NCBI GenBank assembly: GCA_965227835.1
Contig: OZ245768.1
Location: 870,001 to 902,000, forward strand
DNA from: Candidatus Saccharimonadota bacterium
GTDB lineage: Bacteria > Patescibacteriota > Gracilibacteria > BD1-5 > UBA6164
Length of the DNA stretch: 32,000 nucleotides
Direction of reading: 5' to 3'
The notes under the pieces are model-generated. The model was not told where the DNA came from and made no database searches. It saw only the letters and a program-made list of their open reading frames with translations. Of the stretch, positions 1 through 9,184 are shown one piece after another (positions within the stretch are counted from its first letter, which is position 1; every line of letters begins with the position of its first letter). Both the position numbers and the translations under genes were made by a program.

Positions 1-860
1 CTACCTTATTTCAATACCCATCCGTAATACTTGATAACAATATTTTAATATGTTCAAGATTTTTACAATCTACATTTTTTATACCTAAATCTAGTCTTTT
101 TATTCAGTAATATCATAAGATTTTCATTAAAGTTTTGTTATCTCTTCATCAATTTCTTTCTAAGATTGTAGATCATTTTATCATTCAAAACTCAGTTCAA
201 TATCAAAAGTTTAATTTAGAGAAATATAAAACTCAAATAGTTTTTAAATCTACTTCTACCTTATTTCAATACCCATCCGTAATACTTGATAACAATATTT
301 TAATATGTTCAAGATTTTTACAATCTACATTTTTTATACCTAAATCTAGTCTTTTTATTCATACAAGACCTAAAACTTTTTTTAAGGTTTTGATATTATT
401 TAATCAATTATTTATTAATATTGTAGATCATTTTACCACTCAAAATTCAGTTCAATATCAAAAATTTAATTTAGAAAATTTGATTAATAAAATAGTATTC
501 AAATCTACATCTATCTTATTTCAATCCTTATCTGTAATACTTGATAATAATGTTTCAATATGCTTAGAATTTTTATAATCTAATTCTTTGCTTGGTAAAT
601 CTGGTCTTAGTACTCATATGTATTCTAAAATCTTTTTTAAAGATATCTTATTTATTATTCATAAACCATTCTTTAAAATCATCCTTCATGTTACTTTTTG
701 AAAAACTGTCATGTGTCAAAAATATCAATCTATAAAAGCTTCAATTCAAACGGTTCTTAAATCAATTTTTAATTCATTTCAATATTTATCTGTAATACTT
801 GATAAAAGTATTTTTAAATGTTCAGGATTTTTATAATCCAATGAATCTGATCATTTCCGT
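1..860 (-). repeat. Tandem 255-bp (85-codon) coding repeats inside paralog A
   Basis: Positions 1-106 are base-for-base identical to 256-361. Further, more diverged units start near 511 and 770. The period is 255 bp (a multiple of 3) and the reading frame is preserved. Confidence 0.9.
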
Positions 861-1567
861 AAAAAATCATCACTCAATAAAACCTCTAAGTTCTCCTTAA
901 ATTTATCAGAATACTTTATAAATACTGGGGATTTATCATTTATTTTATCTCATTTACTTACATTTGATAAAACTGATGGTTCAATAATTCAATAATATAC
1001 ATATGTCCCTTCTCATATCTGATTATTTATTGCTATTGTCAGTGATGTATTCTCTGTTTTTAATGTAATTATCTTGTACGGAAACTTTCTAAAACTATTT
1101 TTTTTAAAATTTTCTACATATGTATTAATCTCCACTCATTCAAGATTCAATCAATATTTTTTATGCAAAACCTTTAGAAGTGTTTCATATTTTTTGACTT
1201 CTTTAGGAGCTTCAGATTTATTATTAGGTTCTTTTCTTTTTTTTAACAAGTTTAGGCTAGGTTCTTTAGGAACAAAAATAGAAAAATTTAAATCATTTTC
1301 TTTATCTTTTTCTATCTCAATTATCTTTTGTGTTGCCAGTGATACAAATTTGTCAAAAAAAGATTCTACTTCTCTATATCAATTTCTTAAAAATACTTCA
1401 CTATACCTAGATTCTATTTCTTCGTATATTTCTAAAAATCTATCTATAAAATCTTCCTTTGATATTCAATATTTGGAAATTTCTTTGAATAAAATATCCA
1501 TCTTTGTATAACTTCAGATGTTTTTGCAAGGAGCAATAAATGTAGGTGTGTTTTCAATTTTGTTCAT
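1..1567 (-). CDS. Hypothetical repeat protein, paralog A (partial; 3' end lies beyond the left edge). Unique ~250-aa N-terminal region followed by at least 4 tandem ~85-aa repeats
   Basis: The minus-strand frame from ATG 1567 (MNKIENTPTFIAPCKNIGSYTKMDILFKEISKYGISKEDF...) has no TAA/TAG down to position 1 when TGA is sense. The repeats contain many TGA codons. Repeat consensus by eye: LDYKNxEHIKILLSSITDKxGNKxxxDLxTIG...FGYGTEFG..xGSTILxNNGG...LKKxLxxxGIxRPDLP. The N-terminal region is clearly homologous to the fragment at 3760-4278. No family recognised. Confidence 0.7.
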
Positions 1568-1590
1568 TTTAAAAATGTTTTATTGTTAAT

Positions 1591-2345
1591 TTATAAATCA
1601 GGTCTTGATATTCATACACTCTCTAAGATTTTTTTTAAAGATATATTACTTCATCATCAATTATTTTTTAATAAAGATTGTCATGATAAAATTCAAAATT
1701 CTGTTCAGTATCAAAAATATATATGAGAAAAAGAATCACATCAAATAGTTTTTAAATCTAGCTCTAATTTATTTCAATCTTTATCTGTAATACTTGATAA
1801 TAATATCTTTATATGTTCAATATCTTTAAAGTTTAATTCTTCACTTGGTAAATCAGGTCTCAATATTCATACACTCTCTAAAATTCTTTTTAAAGATATA
1901 TTACTTCATCATCAATTATTTTTTAGTATTGTAGCTCATACTACAGATCAAAATATTGTTCAGTATCAAAAATATATATGAGAAAAAGAATCACATCAAA
2001 TAGTTTTTAAATCTAGCTCTAATTTATTTCAATCTCTATCTATAATACTTGATAATAGTATTATTATATGTTCAGGATTTTTATAATCTAATTTACTACT
2101 TGGTAAATCAGGTCTCGATATTCATACAATCTCTAAAACTTTTTTTAAAGATATATTATTTTGTCATCAATTATTCAATAATATTGTAGCTCATGTTACA
2201 GATCAAAATATTGTTCAATGTCAAAAATATAGAGTATGGAAGTCCCTAACTCAAATAATATTCAAATCTGCCTCTACTTTATTTCAATATTTATCTGTAA
2301 TACTCGATAATAGTATCTGGATATGTTCATCGTTTTCATAATCTA
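1591..2345 (-). repeat. Tandem 255-bp coding repeats inside paralog B
   Basis: The landmark 'aatcaggtct' recurs at 1596, 1851 and 2106, an exact 255-bp period. Long identical stretches are shared between units 1 and 2, for example gttcagtatcaaaaatatatatgagaaaaagaatcacatcaaatagtttttaaatctagctctaatttatttcaatct. Confidence 0.9.
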
Positions 2346-2575
2346 ATATTTTTGTTCAATCTAGTAAAAAATTATCACTAAATAAAATCTCTAAATTCTC
2401 CTCAAATCTATCAGAATACTTTATAAATATTGGGGATTTATCATTTATTTTATCTCATTTACTAACATTTGATAAAATTGATGGTTCAATAATTCAATCA
2501 TATACATATGTCCCTTCTCATATTTGATTGTTTATTACTATTGTTAGGGATATGTCTCTAATTTTTATTATAAGG
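1591..2575 (-). pseudogene. Repeat protein paralog B, C-terminal fragment (three 85-aa repeats plus linker), separated from its N-terminal part by an IS insertion
   Basis: The minus-strand frame is open with TGA=Gly from the IS boundary (~2575) to TAA at 1591-1593 (...GISRPDL*). The sequence LIIKIRDISLTIVINNQIGEGTYVYDGIIEPSILSNVSKGDKINDKSPIFIKYSDRF is collinear with paralog A (TLKTENTSLTIAINNQIGEGTYVYYGIIEPSVLSNVSKGDKINDKSPVFIKYSDKF). Confidence 0.8.
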
Positions 2576-3775
2576 GTCTGTTGCGTTTTGACTTTAAAAA
2601 GAGTTTTAATTAAGAAAAGTACTAAATAGATGAAAGATTTATAAAATTCATCTATTTTTTGTTAAATTATAGCCATTTTTATATATAATTTAGGATTTTA
2701 GACGCAATCCACCTAAGGAAACTAATCTAAACTATTGGGACTTCCTCTAAAACAACTAATCTTTTGAGATTAAAAGATATAGCTTCCATAAATGCAGTAA
2801 ACTGATTTTTTACTACAGACTTATACCTCACTCTATGATTCATTTTTGAAAATACTCTCTCATAAGGAGATCTAAGTTTAGAATAAAACTTATCTTTATC
2901 CTTGTTCTTATCTTTCATATTATTTTTCTTTATTGCACATAGATGTAATCACTTCTTTTTTGTTGATATTACAGCCGGTCAAATACAATATCACTTATCA
3001 GCATATACTGCTCATGAACTTGGTAATACATGCTTCATTCACTTTGCATCTGTTACATTAGCTTGAGTTATAGCTATCTTGTTTATCATTCAAGATTGCA
3101 TATCAACACTAGCATGTTTTTTATAACCATACCAAAATTTATTTTTTCACTTAGATCAAATTTTAGCTTCCTTATCATTAGCAACTTTTGGAAGAGTTTC
3201 ATTATTCATTTTTTCATATCATTCTTTTATTCATTTATCTCTTTCTTCCCATAAATTAGCTTTAGTAACTAAATGAGAAGCATCTACAAATGTAAACACT
3301 TCACTCATATAACCCTTATTTGATAATTGATTTTTTAAATCTTCAAATATCTTTGATAGTTCATTTGTTCATATCTTTTTTCTTGCTCTTGTGAATATAC
3401 TATGATCTGGAGTTTTATCTGTTAATTTAAATCAGCAAAACCATTTACCAGCTAAATTTTCTGCAAGATATTTCTCTAACTCTCTATCTGATAGATCTTC
3501 CATAAACTGGATTAGTAAACATAGAAATAATTTTTTTACTCAATATCATACATGAGTTTTTCATAGATCTATATTTTTTAGTATTTTATTTACTCAATCA
3601 AAGTTCCACAATTTCTTAAATTTACGATATTGATGATTTTCTGGAATTAGCTCGTTTAGGATAACAAAACTTATTTGATTTGATTCTCACATAGGTATTT
3701 TCTTAGAATATAATTACTATCTAATTATATCTCTTTTTTCTCTTTTTAATAGTCAAAGTTTAATTTACAACAGGC
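2576..3775 (-). mobile_element. IS5-family insertion sequence (~1.2 kb) inserted into paralog B
   Basis: The homology between paralogs A and B breaks at ~2575 and resumes at ~3776. The ends are imperfect inverted repeats: left gtCTGTTGcgTTTTGACTtTAAAAAGAG, right (reverse complement) gcCTGTTGtaaattaaacTTTGACTatTAAAAAGAG. A single transposase ORF lies inside. Boundaries are good to a few bp only, and no target-site duplication could be identified. Confidence 0.8.
2727..3692 (-). CDS. IS5-family DDE transposase (DUF772 N-terminal region plus DDE_Tnp_1)
   Basis: With TGA=Gly the product is 321 aa: MGESNQISFVILNELIPENHQYRKFKKLWNFDG...LSDRELEKYLAENLAGKWFCGFKL...GSKGKNKFWYGYKKHASVDMQSGMINKIAITQANVTDAKG...VYADKGY...YSKLRSPYERVFSKMNHRVRYKSVVKNQFTAFMEAISFNLKRL. 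The WFCG, FGYK.H, D..SG.I, ADKGY and R..VE..F..K motifs are typical of IS5/InsH-type enzymes. Ends in TAG. Confidence 0.9.
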
Positions 3776-4278
3776 TCTATAACTATTCTATAAGGTAGTT
3801 TCCTAACAAGATCTTTATTAAGGGTTTCTATATATGTTTTCATTTCTACTCATTCAAGTTCTAATCAGTATTTCCTGTGTAGAACTTTTAAAAGTGTTTC
3901 ATATTTCGGGGCTTCCTTAAGAATTTCAGATTTAATATTAGGATTACTTCTTTTTACCAAGTTTAGATTAGATTCTTTAGGAATAAAAATAGAAAAGTTT
4001 AATTCATTTTCTGTATCTTTTTCTATTTCAATTATCCTTTGTGTTGCCAGTAATACAAATTTATCAAAAAAAGATTCTATTTGTATATATCATTTTCTTA
4101 AAAATACTTCACTATATCTAGATTCTATTTCTTCATATATTTCTAAAAATCTATCTACAAAATCTTCCTTTGATATTCAATATTTAGAAATCTCTTTAAA
4201 TAAAATATCCATCTTTGTATAACTTCAGGTGTTTTTGCTAGAATCAATAAATGTAGATTTAATCTCAATTTTGTTCAT
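3760..4278 (-). pseudogene. Repeat protein paralog B, N-terminal fragment, truncated by the IS (stop codon lies inside the IS terminal repeat)
   Basis: From ATG 4278: MNKIEIKSTFIDSSKNTGSYTKMDILFKEISKYGISKEDFVDRFLEIYEEIESRYSEVFLRKGY...KLPYRIVIEPVVN*. This is near-identical in layout to the paralog A N-terminus. It runs into the IS at ~3775 and stops at TAA 3760-3762. Confidence 0.8.
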
Positions 4279-4370
4279 TTTGAAAATTAATTCATTAAAT
4301 ATAAATATTAAGATAATTATTGTTTGACATAAGTCAAATAAATAAAATTAAATTTTTTGAGACAATTTTT

Positions 4371-4397
4371 TTGACACAAATAAAAATTATATATAAT
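4371..4397 (+). promoter_or_regulatory. Candidate sigma70-type promoter for rplJL
   Basis: TTGACA at 4371-4376 and TATAAT at 4392-4397. The spacer is only 15 nt, so this is tentative. Confidence 0.35.
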
Positions 4398-4404
4398 ACT
4401 TGCA

Positions 4405-4550
4405 CTTAAATATTATTTTATTGTAGACAGTAGGCATTATATAAGTCCTACCGAGGTAAAAGAAATATGGTTTTTAAGCAATTAAAACTAAATCTCTTTT
4501 TTACCTATATCTTGTAAAAAAGGGATTTTTTAATTTTTAACTAAAATAAA
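4405..4550 (+). promoter_or_regulatory. Candidate L10 (rplJ) autoregulatory leader
   Basis: This ~145-nt untranslated region directly upstream of rplJ contains a local hairpin (gtagg-cattatataagt-cctac) and a long-range helix (ggtaaaaga ... tcttttttacc). The position matches the known L10 leader class. The sequence was not compared with a covariance model. Confidence 0.35.
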
Positions 4551-5150
4551 ATGGCTTTAAGCAAAGAAAAAAAAGCATATATATTAAATAACTTAAAAGA
4601 GTTAATAAAAGATGCTAGCTCTATAGCTTTCACAACCAACACTGGACTTTCTGTAGAAGAAATAACAAATTTAAGAATAGAGCTAAGAGAAGTTGATGCT
4701 TCTATACTATTGGCAAAAAAAACACTTATCAAATTGGCTTTTAAAGAAGTATTTGATGTAGAAATACCTGATGACTATTTACCTAGACAAATAGCAATGG
4801 TTATTTCTAATAAAGATCCCATATCTGGAATGAGCAAGTTAAATAATTTTAGAAAACAATTAGAAGATAAAATAGAGTGGTCTTCTTGTTTCTTTGATTG
4901 AGAACTAAAGGGGCCAGATGATACGAAAGTTATAGCTTCTATGCCTTCAAGAGAAACATTGTTATCTAGACTTGTTTGATCAATGCAATCTCCACTATCT
5001 TCATTTGCTAGATTTATAGATAAAGCAGCAAAAGATATGCAAGAAAAAGGTAAAGAAAAACTATGAGAGCTACAAAATTCTACTCCAAAACAAAGTGAAG
5101 AAGTTGAAAAATGAGAAAATGAGCTAAAGGAAGAAGAAGCTGTAAAGTAA
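4551..5150 (+). CDS. rplJ: 50S ribosomal protein L10
   Basis: The standard-code ORF 4551-4901 continues through four TGA codons to TAA 5148-5150 (199 aa). The read-through part, ...FFDGELKGPDDTKVIASMPSRETLLSRLVGSMQSPLSSFARFI..., matches the conserved L10 C-terminal layout (G at 'FDGE', 'LVGSMQSP'). It lies immediately upstream of rplL. Confidence 0.9.
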
Positions 5151-5166
5151 TTAATATCTTGGTATA

Positions 5167-5196
5167 CTAAATCTTTATTTAAAAATAAAGATTTAG
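5167..5196 (+). other. Perfect 14-bp-stem hairpin in the rplJ-rplL spacer
   Basis: ctaaatctttattt-aa-aaataaagatttag. Possibly a processing or attenuation element; function unknown. Confidence 0.5.
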
Positions 5197-5271
5197 AAAC
5201 TAGCTATTAATTAGTTAGGAATAGTAATATAAATACTATAAACATAAATTTATTTTGTAATATAAAATATT

Positions 5272-5649
5272 ATGGCTGAATTAAGCGAAAATTCTAAAAA
5301 AATTATGGATTTAGTTAAAGAACTATCTATAGTTGAACTAAATGATTTAGTTAAAGCGATGGAAGAAGAATTTGGTGTTTCTGCTGCTGCTCCTGTAATG
5401 GTTGCTGCTGGTTGAGATGCTGGATGACAAGCTGAAGAAAGCTCTACAAAAAATGTAGAATTAACTTCTGCTGGTGCATCAAAAATTGCTGTTATTAAAA
5501 TAATTAGAGAAATAACAGGTTTAGGTTTGAAAGAAGCTAAAGATATAGCAGATAATGGTTGAGTTGTAAAAGAAAATGCAGAAAAAGCTGAAGCAGATGA
5601 AATTAAAGCTAAATTAGAAGAAGCTTGAGCAAGTGTAGAGTTAAAATAA
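5272..5649 (+). CDS. rplL: 50S ribosomal protein L7/L12
   Basis: [47 protein letters not shown](TGA)DAG(TGA)QAEE...[33 protein letters not shown](TGA)[21 protein letters not shown](TGA)ASVELK*. The last TGA sits exactly on the Gly of the near-universal C-terminal ...LEEAGA.VE.K. 125 aa. Confidence 0.95.
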
Positions 5650-5663
5650 AACTCTTAAAAAAA

Positions 5664-5701
5664 GAAAATAAGTGGATTTTTAGAAATTCACTTATTTTTT
5701 C
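5664..5701 (+). terminator. Rho-independent terminator after rplL
   Basis: gaaaataagtg-(loop)-cacttatttt followed by a T-run, starting 15 nt after the stop. Confidence 0.7.
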
Positions 5702-5793
5702 TTAAAGAAGTAAAAGAATAAGGGTTTTTGTAAATAAATTTTTGAGTTAGAATTAACAAAAGGGATTGTTTTTGAAAAAAGAATATAAGTTTT

Positions 5794-5980
5794 TATAGTA
5801 AACTAACTCGTAAATTAGAATATTTTAAAATATGAATTTAATTGAAAAAGTAATTTTCTATTATTTATCAACAGAGAGCTTTAGCCCTTTGCTATTATAA
5901 GAAGTTTATATTTTTCAAAAAGACTACACAGTTTATTCATAATATATATAGTAAGATAACAAGCAAGTTAGTTTACTATA
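5794..5980. repeat. Perfect 15-bp inverted repeat pair enclosing ~157 bp upstream of tRNA-Gln
   Basis: tatagtaaactaact (5794-5808) and agttagtttactata (5966-5980). The enclosed DNA contains an inverted orphan copy (5872-5892, cagagagctttagccctttgc) of the small hairpin unit found in the composite repeats at 7440-7850, 9185-9648 and 21850-22150. Confidence 0.6.
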
Positions 5981-6010
5981 AAATGAATTTTTCAAAGTTT
6001 TTTTGATTAA

Positions 6011-6084
6011 TGGAGTATCGTCAAGTGGTAAGACCACGGACTCTGAATCCGTTATCGGGGGTTCGAATCCCTCTACTCCAGCCA
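6011..6084 (+). tRNA. tRNA-Gln (anticodon CUG), CCA encoded
   Basis: Cloverleaf by eye. Acceptor TGGAGTA/TACTCCA. Anticodon arm ACGGA-CTCTGAA-TCCGT, giving anticodon CTG. T-arm GGGGG-TTCGAAT-CCCTC. Overall very similar to E. coli tRNA-Gln. Confidence 0.85.
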
Positions 6085-6094
6085 TTTTTTGTAA

Positions 6095-7291
6095 TTATTT
6101 TTTCAAAAATATATTTTCAAATATATTACTAAATGTAATAAATTTAATATCTAGATTAGGATATTTACTTTTAAAAATTTTATATTTGTTTTCATTTATC
6201 TGATTTTTAGAAAATTTTATTTCATATGCTTCTTTTTCATCAAGTATAAAATCAACCTCATTTTTTTGTTGGGTTCTCCAAAACTTTATAAAAAAATCAT
6301 TTCTATATTTAAACAAAAATTCTCTAAAAACTATATTTTCTAAATAAGCTCATTTATCCAACCTATCTATTATATTGCTAAAATCATTTAAAAAACAATT
6401 CCTTATTCCTAAATCATAAAAATATATTTTAGGCATTTTTGTAAGTTCTTTTCTTATATTAGTGTGAAAAGGTTTTATAAGTGATATAAAAAAACTTTTT
6501 TGCATTATATATAGATATTTTTCTACTGTTTGAAAAGATAAGTTCAATGTATTAGCAAGTTCATTTATGTTTACTAGTTCTCATGTTTGGGTTGATAAAA
6601 TCTTTAATAAATTTAAAAACTTATTTTGATTTTCAATATTAGCCTCATAGATATCTTTTTTTATATAATCAAAACAATAATCTTTTAATCTTTCTACTTT
6701 TTCTTTTTTGTCTTTAATTAGAACTATTTCAGGATATCATCAATAAGTTATATACTCTAAAAATAAATTGTATATTTCATCTCTAAACAAATCTGGTATA
6801 TTTTTACTCTCTAAACAAATTTTTTGTAGCTTAATTTCATTTTTAAATTCTAAAAACTCAAAAAAATCTAGGGTGTATATATTGAATATTTTTTTTCTTC
6901 AAACTAGGCTATCTTTAAATTTTTTATCAATATAAAAGCTACTACTTCAAGTTACAATAAGTTTTATATTATCTTTATATTCATCATAAATATATTTCAA
7001 AAAATTTGTAGGATTATCTAGATATTGTATTTCATCTATAAAAATAATTTGTTTTTCTTTGTATGAACTTCCAGTTATTTCAAAAAGTTTGTTGGGATGT
7101 TTGTTTAGCTTCTCTAAAATTAATCTGTCTTCTAAATTAAGAAAATAGGTTTTTTTATTATTCTTTGTTTGATGTTTTTCGATTGCTTTCAAAATAGTTG
7201 TTTTTCAAACTTGTCTAGCTCAAATAAGCAAAATAATAAGTTTGGAATTTAATTCCTTTTTTATTTCATTTAGGACTATTCTATTTTTCAT
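6095..7291 (-). CDS. AAA+ ATPase of the AAA_14 + DUF4143 type
   Basis: 398 aa with TGA=Gly: MKNRIVLNEIKKELNSKLIILLIGARQVGKTTILKAIEKH...IIFIDEIQYLDNPTNFLKYIYDEY...GSSSF...YGGYPE...FWRTQQKNEVDFIL. Both glycines of the Walker A GARQVGKT are TGA codons. The three standard-code ORF fragments (6095-6316, 6350-6547, 6947-7192) share one frame. Ends in TAA. Confidence 0.85.
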
Positions 7292-7439
7292 AAACTTAAA
7301 AAAATTAGATAATATTTAACTCTAAATCTAATATTATCTAATTTTTTTATAAAACACAAGTTTTTGTTACATTTATGTAAAAAGATTTGTTACAGGGGTT
7401 AGATTTTTTTACTAGTATATAAATATTGCAGAATATATT

Positions 7440-7850
7440 GCAAAGAAATATGCTAATTTTGGGTTAATTTGCAACTAAGTTTTATTTTACAGAAATCCTG
7501 GTATGCAAATGAATAAATGTAAATATTGCTAACGGGCAAATGGCTGAATACAAAAATCTTACTGTGCAAAAGGCTAAAGCCTTCTGCCTAAAGAGATATA
7601 TTAAATTTAGGGTAACTTTTAATAAAATTTATTTTATTATTTTCTCTCCCTATAATAATCTCTGTTCTATCTCCTCTCCTTCCAAAAGGAGAGGGTTAGG
7701 GTGAGGATTATACGGAGAAGGTTAGGATGAAATCTGTTCTACTACCCTCTCCTCCAAAGGAGAGGGGTTGGGGGTGAGGTCTGTACGGAGAGGTTCTGCT
7801 CGGGTGAGAGTGAGGGCTCAGATTAAAGTGAAATTTAAATTCAATAACTT
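7440..7850 (+). repeat. Composite non-coding repeat, copy 1 (AT-rich 'tgcaaa' part, small NGGC-TAAA-GCCN hairpin units, then two GC-rich CCCTCTCC/GGAGAGGG hairpins with G-run tails)
   Basis: Collinear with 9300-9648. For example, aattttgggttaatttgcaactaagttttattttacagaaatc matches aatttttggttaatttgcaattaagttttattttgcaaaaatc. GC-rich hairpins lie at 7673-7694 and 7745-7766, each followed by GTTAGGGTGAGG or GGTTGGGGGTGAGG. Confidence 0.85.
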
Positions 7851-7883
7851 CCATACTCTTAAAACAAACCTTAAAATTCCTAT

Positions 7884-9116
7884 TTACCTAAGCCAAGCTG
7901 GATTTTGAGTTAAAGAAGAACCAAATCTTTCATTATTGTCTCAATTATCTTTAGTTTTAATATTAATTATTGGAACTCTAATATCTTTTATTTCAAAAAC
8001 AGTCTTTCTATTAACAAAATCATTATATTTACAGTCATCTTGTGGAATTTCTATATCTATATTATAAATTTCTTGTCAAAAATTAGTTTCTTCTCAATTT
8101 AAAAATTTAAAACCAAAGGCAGAATAATAATCATTACCATTAGTATAATAATAATGTACTACACCACTACAGTCTCAAACATAAGTTTGTTTTCCTTCAT
8201 TTGATATACTTTGAATATCTAAAATTCTATCATTTGTTAATTCAAATTTAAAATCTTCATCCAAATACTTAAAACCCTCTGATGTAAAATGTTGCTTAAA
8301 TTCTAAATCTTCACTATATCATATTTTAGTCCACCCCCCTCAATCAGTACTCATATCACAATAAACCTCAAATTCATCATTTCAACTAGGATTTATCTTA
8401 TAAACTCAATCTCAATTATCCAAACTAGATTCTAATATCCTCTTACAACTAGAATTATATATTGATTTTATTAATTCAATTCAACTTCAACTAATCTTAT
8501 CATTATCATCTATATGGGATATATATTCATCTGCTGTTGTAGCTATATCTAATTCTCAACTATCTCTTACATCTCAAATCTCTTGAACTGGAACATTTAA
8601 ATTATCTCAACCCCCTGTTAATATTCATAGCTTCTTTCAACTTACCTTAACTTGTCTATCTGCATAATCTATATCATTAGATAATACTTCTCCCTTAAAT
8701 AAACTTACAGTTTCATTTGTTTCTTCTAGTAATGCCATTAATTGAAAGTTCTTTCTATTGTCTGTAGCATAGTATGAAAAATATGTATTATCTAGTGGGT
8801 CTTTACCTTCTTTATCATATTTAATTTTTTTTAGTACTTCTTCTCATGCATATCCTTGATATGCTATAGTATTTCAATTAGTTTTAACTTCTATATAGTC
8901 ATCGGGTATTGGAAGTCTTCATCTTGTTAGTGATAGTTTTAGTCAATCTCATATACTTTCTAGTTGTACTGTTCTATTTGTATCTCTTACTCAAGATAGA
9001 TAGTCTGTATAGCTTACAAATCATATTGTTCAGATTATAGCTAGTATTGTTACTACTACTATTAGCTCTACTAGGGTGAATGCTTTTTTTAGTTGGAGGG
9101 TTAGTTTGTTTTTCAT
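7884..9116 (-). CDS. Type IV pilin-like protein with a C-terminal fibrinogen-like YCDxxxxGGGW domain (putative pilus-borne adhesin or lectin)
   Basis: 410 aa with TGA=Gly. The N-terminus MKNKLTLQLKKA|FTLVELIVVVTILAIIGTIGFVSY is a prepilin-type cleavage/methylation signal (F+1, E+5). The C-terminal half contains SCKRILESSLDNGDGVYKINPSGNDEFEVYCDMSTDGGGWTKI (motif at 8331-8363). This matches the fibrinogen-related-domain core C..I...G...G.Y.I.P.....F.VYCDM.TDGGGWT. Ends in TAA 7884-7886. Confidence 0.85.
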
Positions 9117-9184
9117 TTGAGGGGGAGTTAAGAGTTAAAAGTTATAAAGTTAAAAGTTTTTTATAGTTTTTTTATAAACATTTA

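Noticed and set aside
135-1511. Plus-strand ORFs 135-578 (147 aa) and 1074-1511 (145 aa) from the track
   Set aside because: They lie antisense to a continuous minus-strand frame that shows repeat periodicity in multiples of 3 and paralog conservation at the protein level. Their products are low-complexity F/L/I/S-rich strings, typical of shadow ORFs in AT-rich DNA.
5822-5900. Short ORF MNLIEKVIFYYLSTESFSPLLL (starting around 5832) in the rplL-tRNA spacer
   Set aside because: It is only 22 codons with no ribosome-binding site, and it overlaps the inverted orphan hairpin unit. There is no support beyond being open.
6003-6203. Plus-strand ORF 6003-6203 (66 aa)
   Set aside because: Its first half is the tRNA-Gln gene read as protein, and the rest is antisense to the DUF4143 ATPase gene.
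7884-9116. Diversity-generating retroelement target (variable lectin-like C-terminus)
   Set aside because: No reverse transcriptase gene is present, and I noticed no template-repeat copy of the 3' coding region anywhere in the window.
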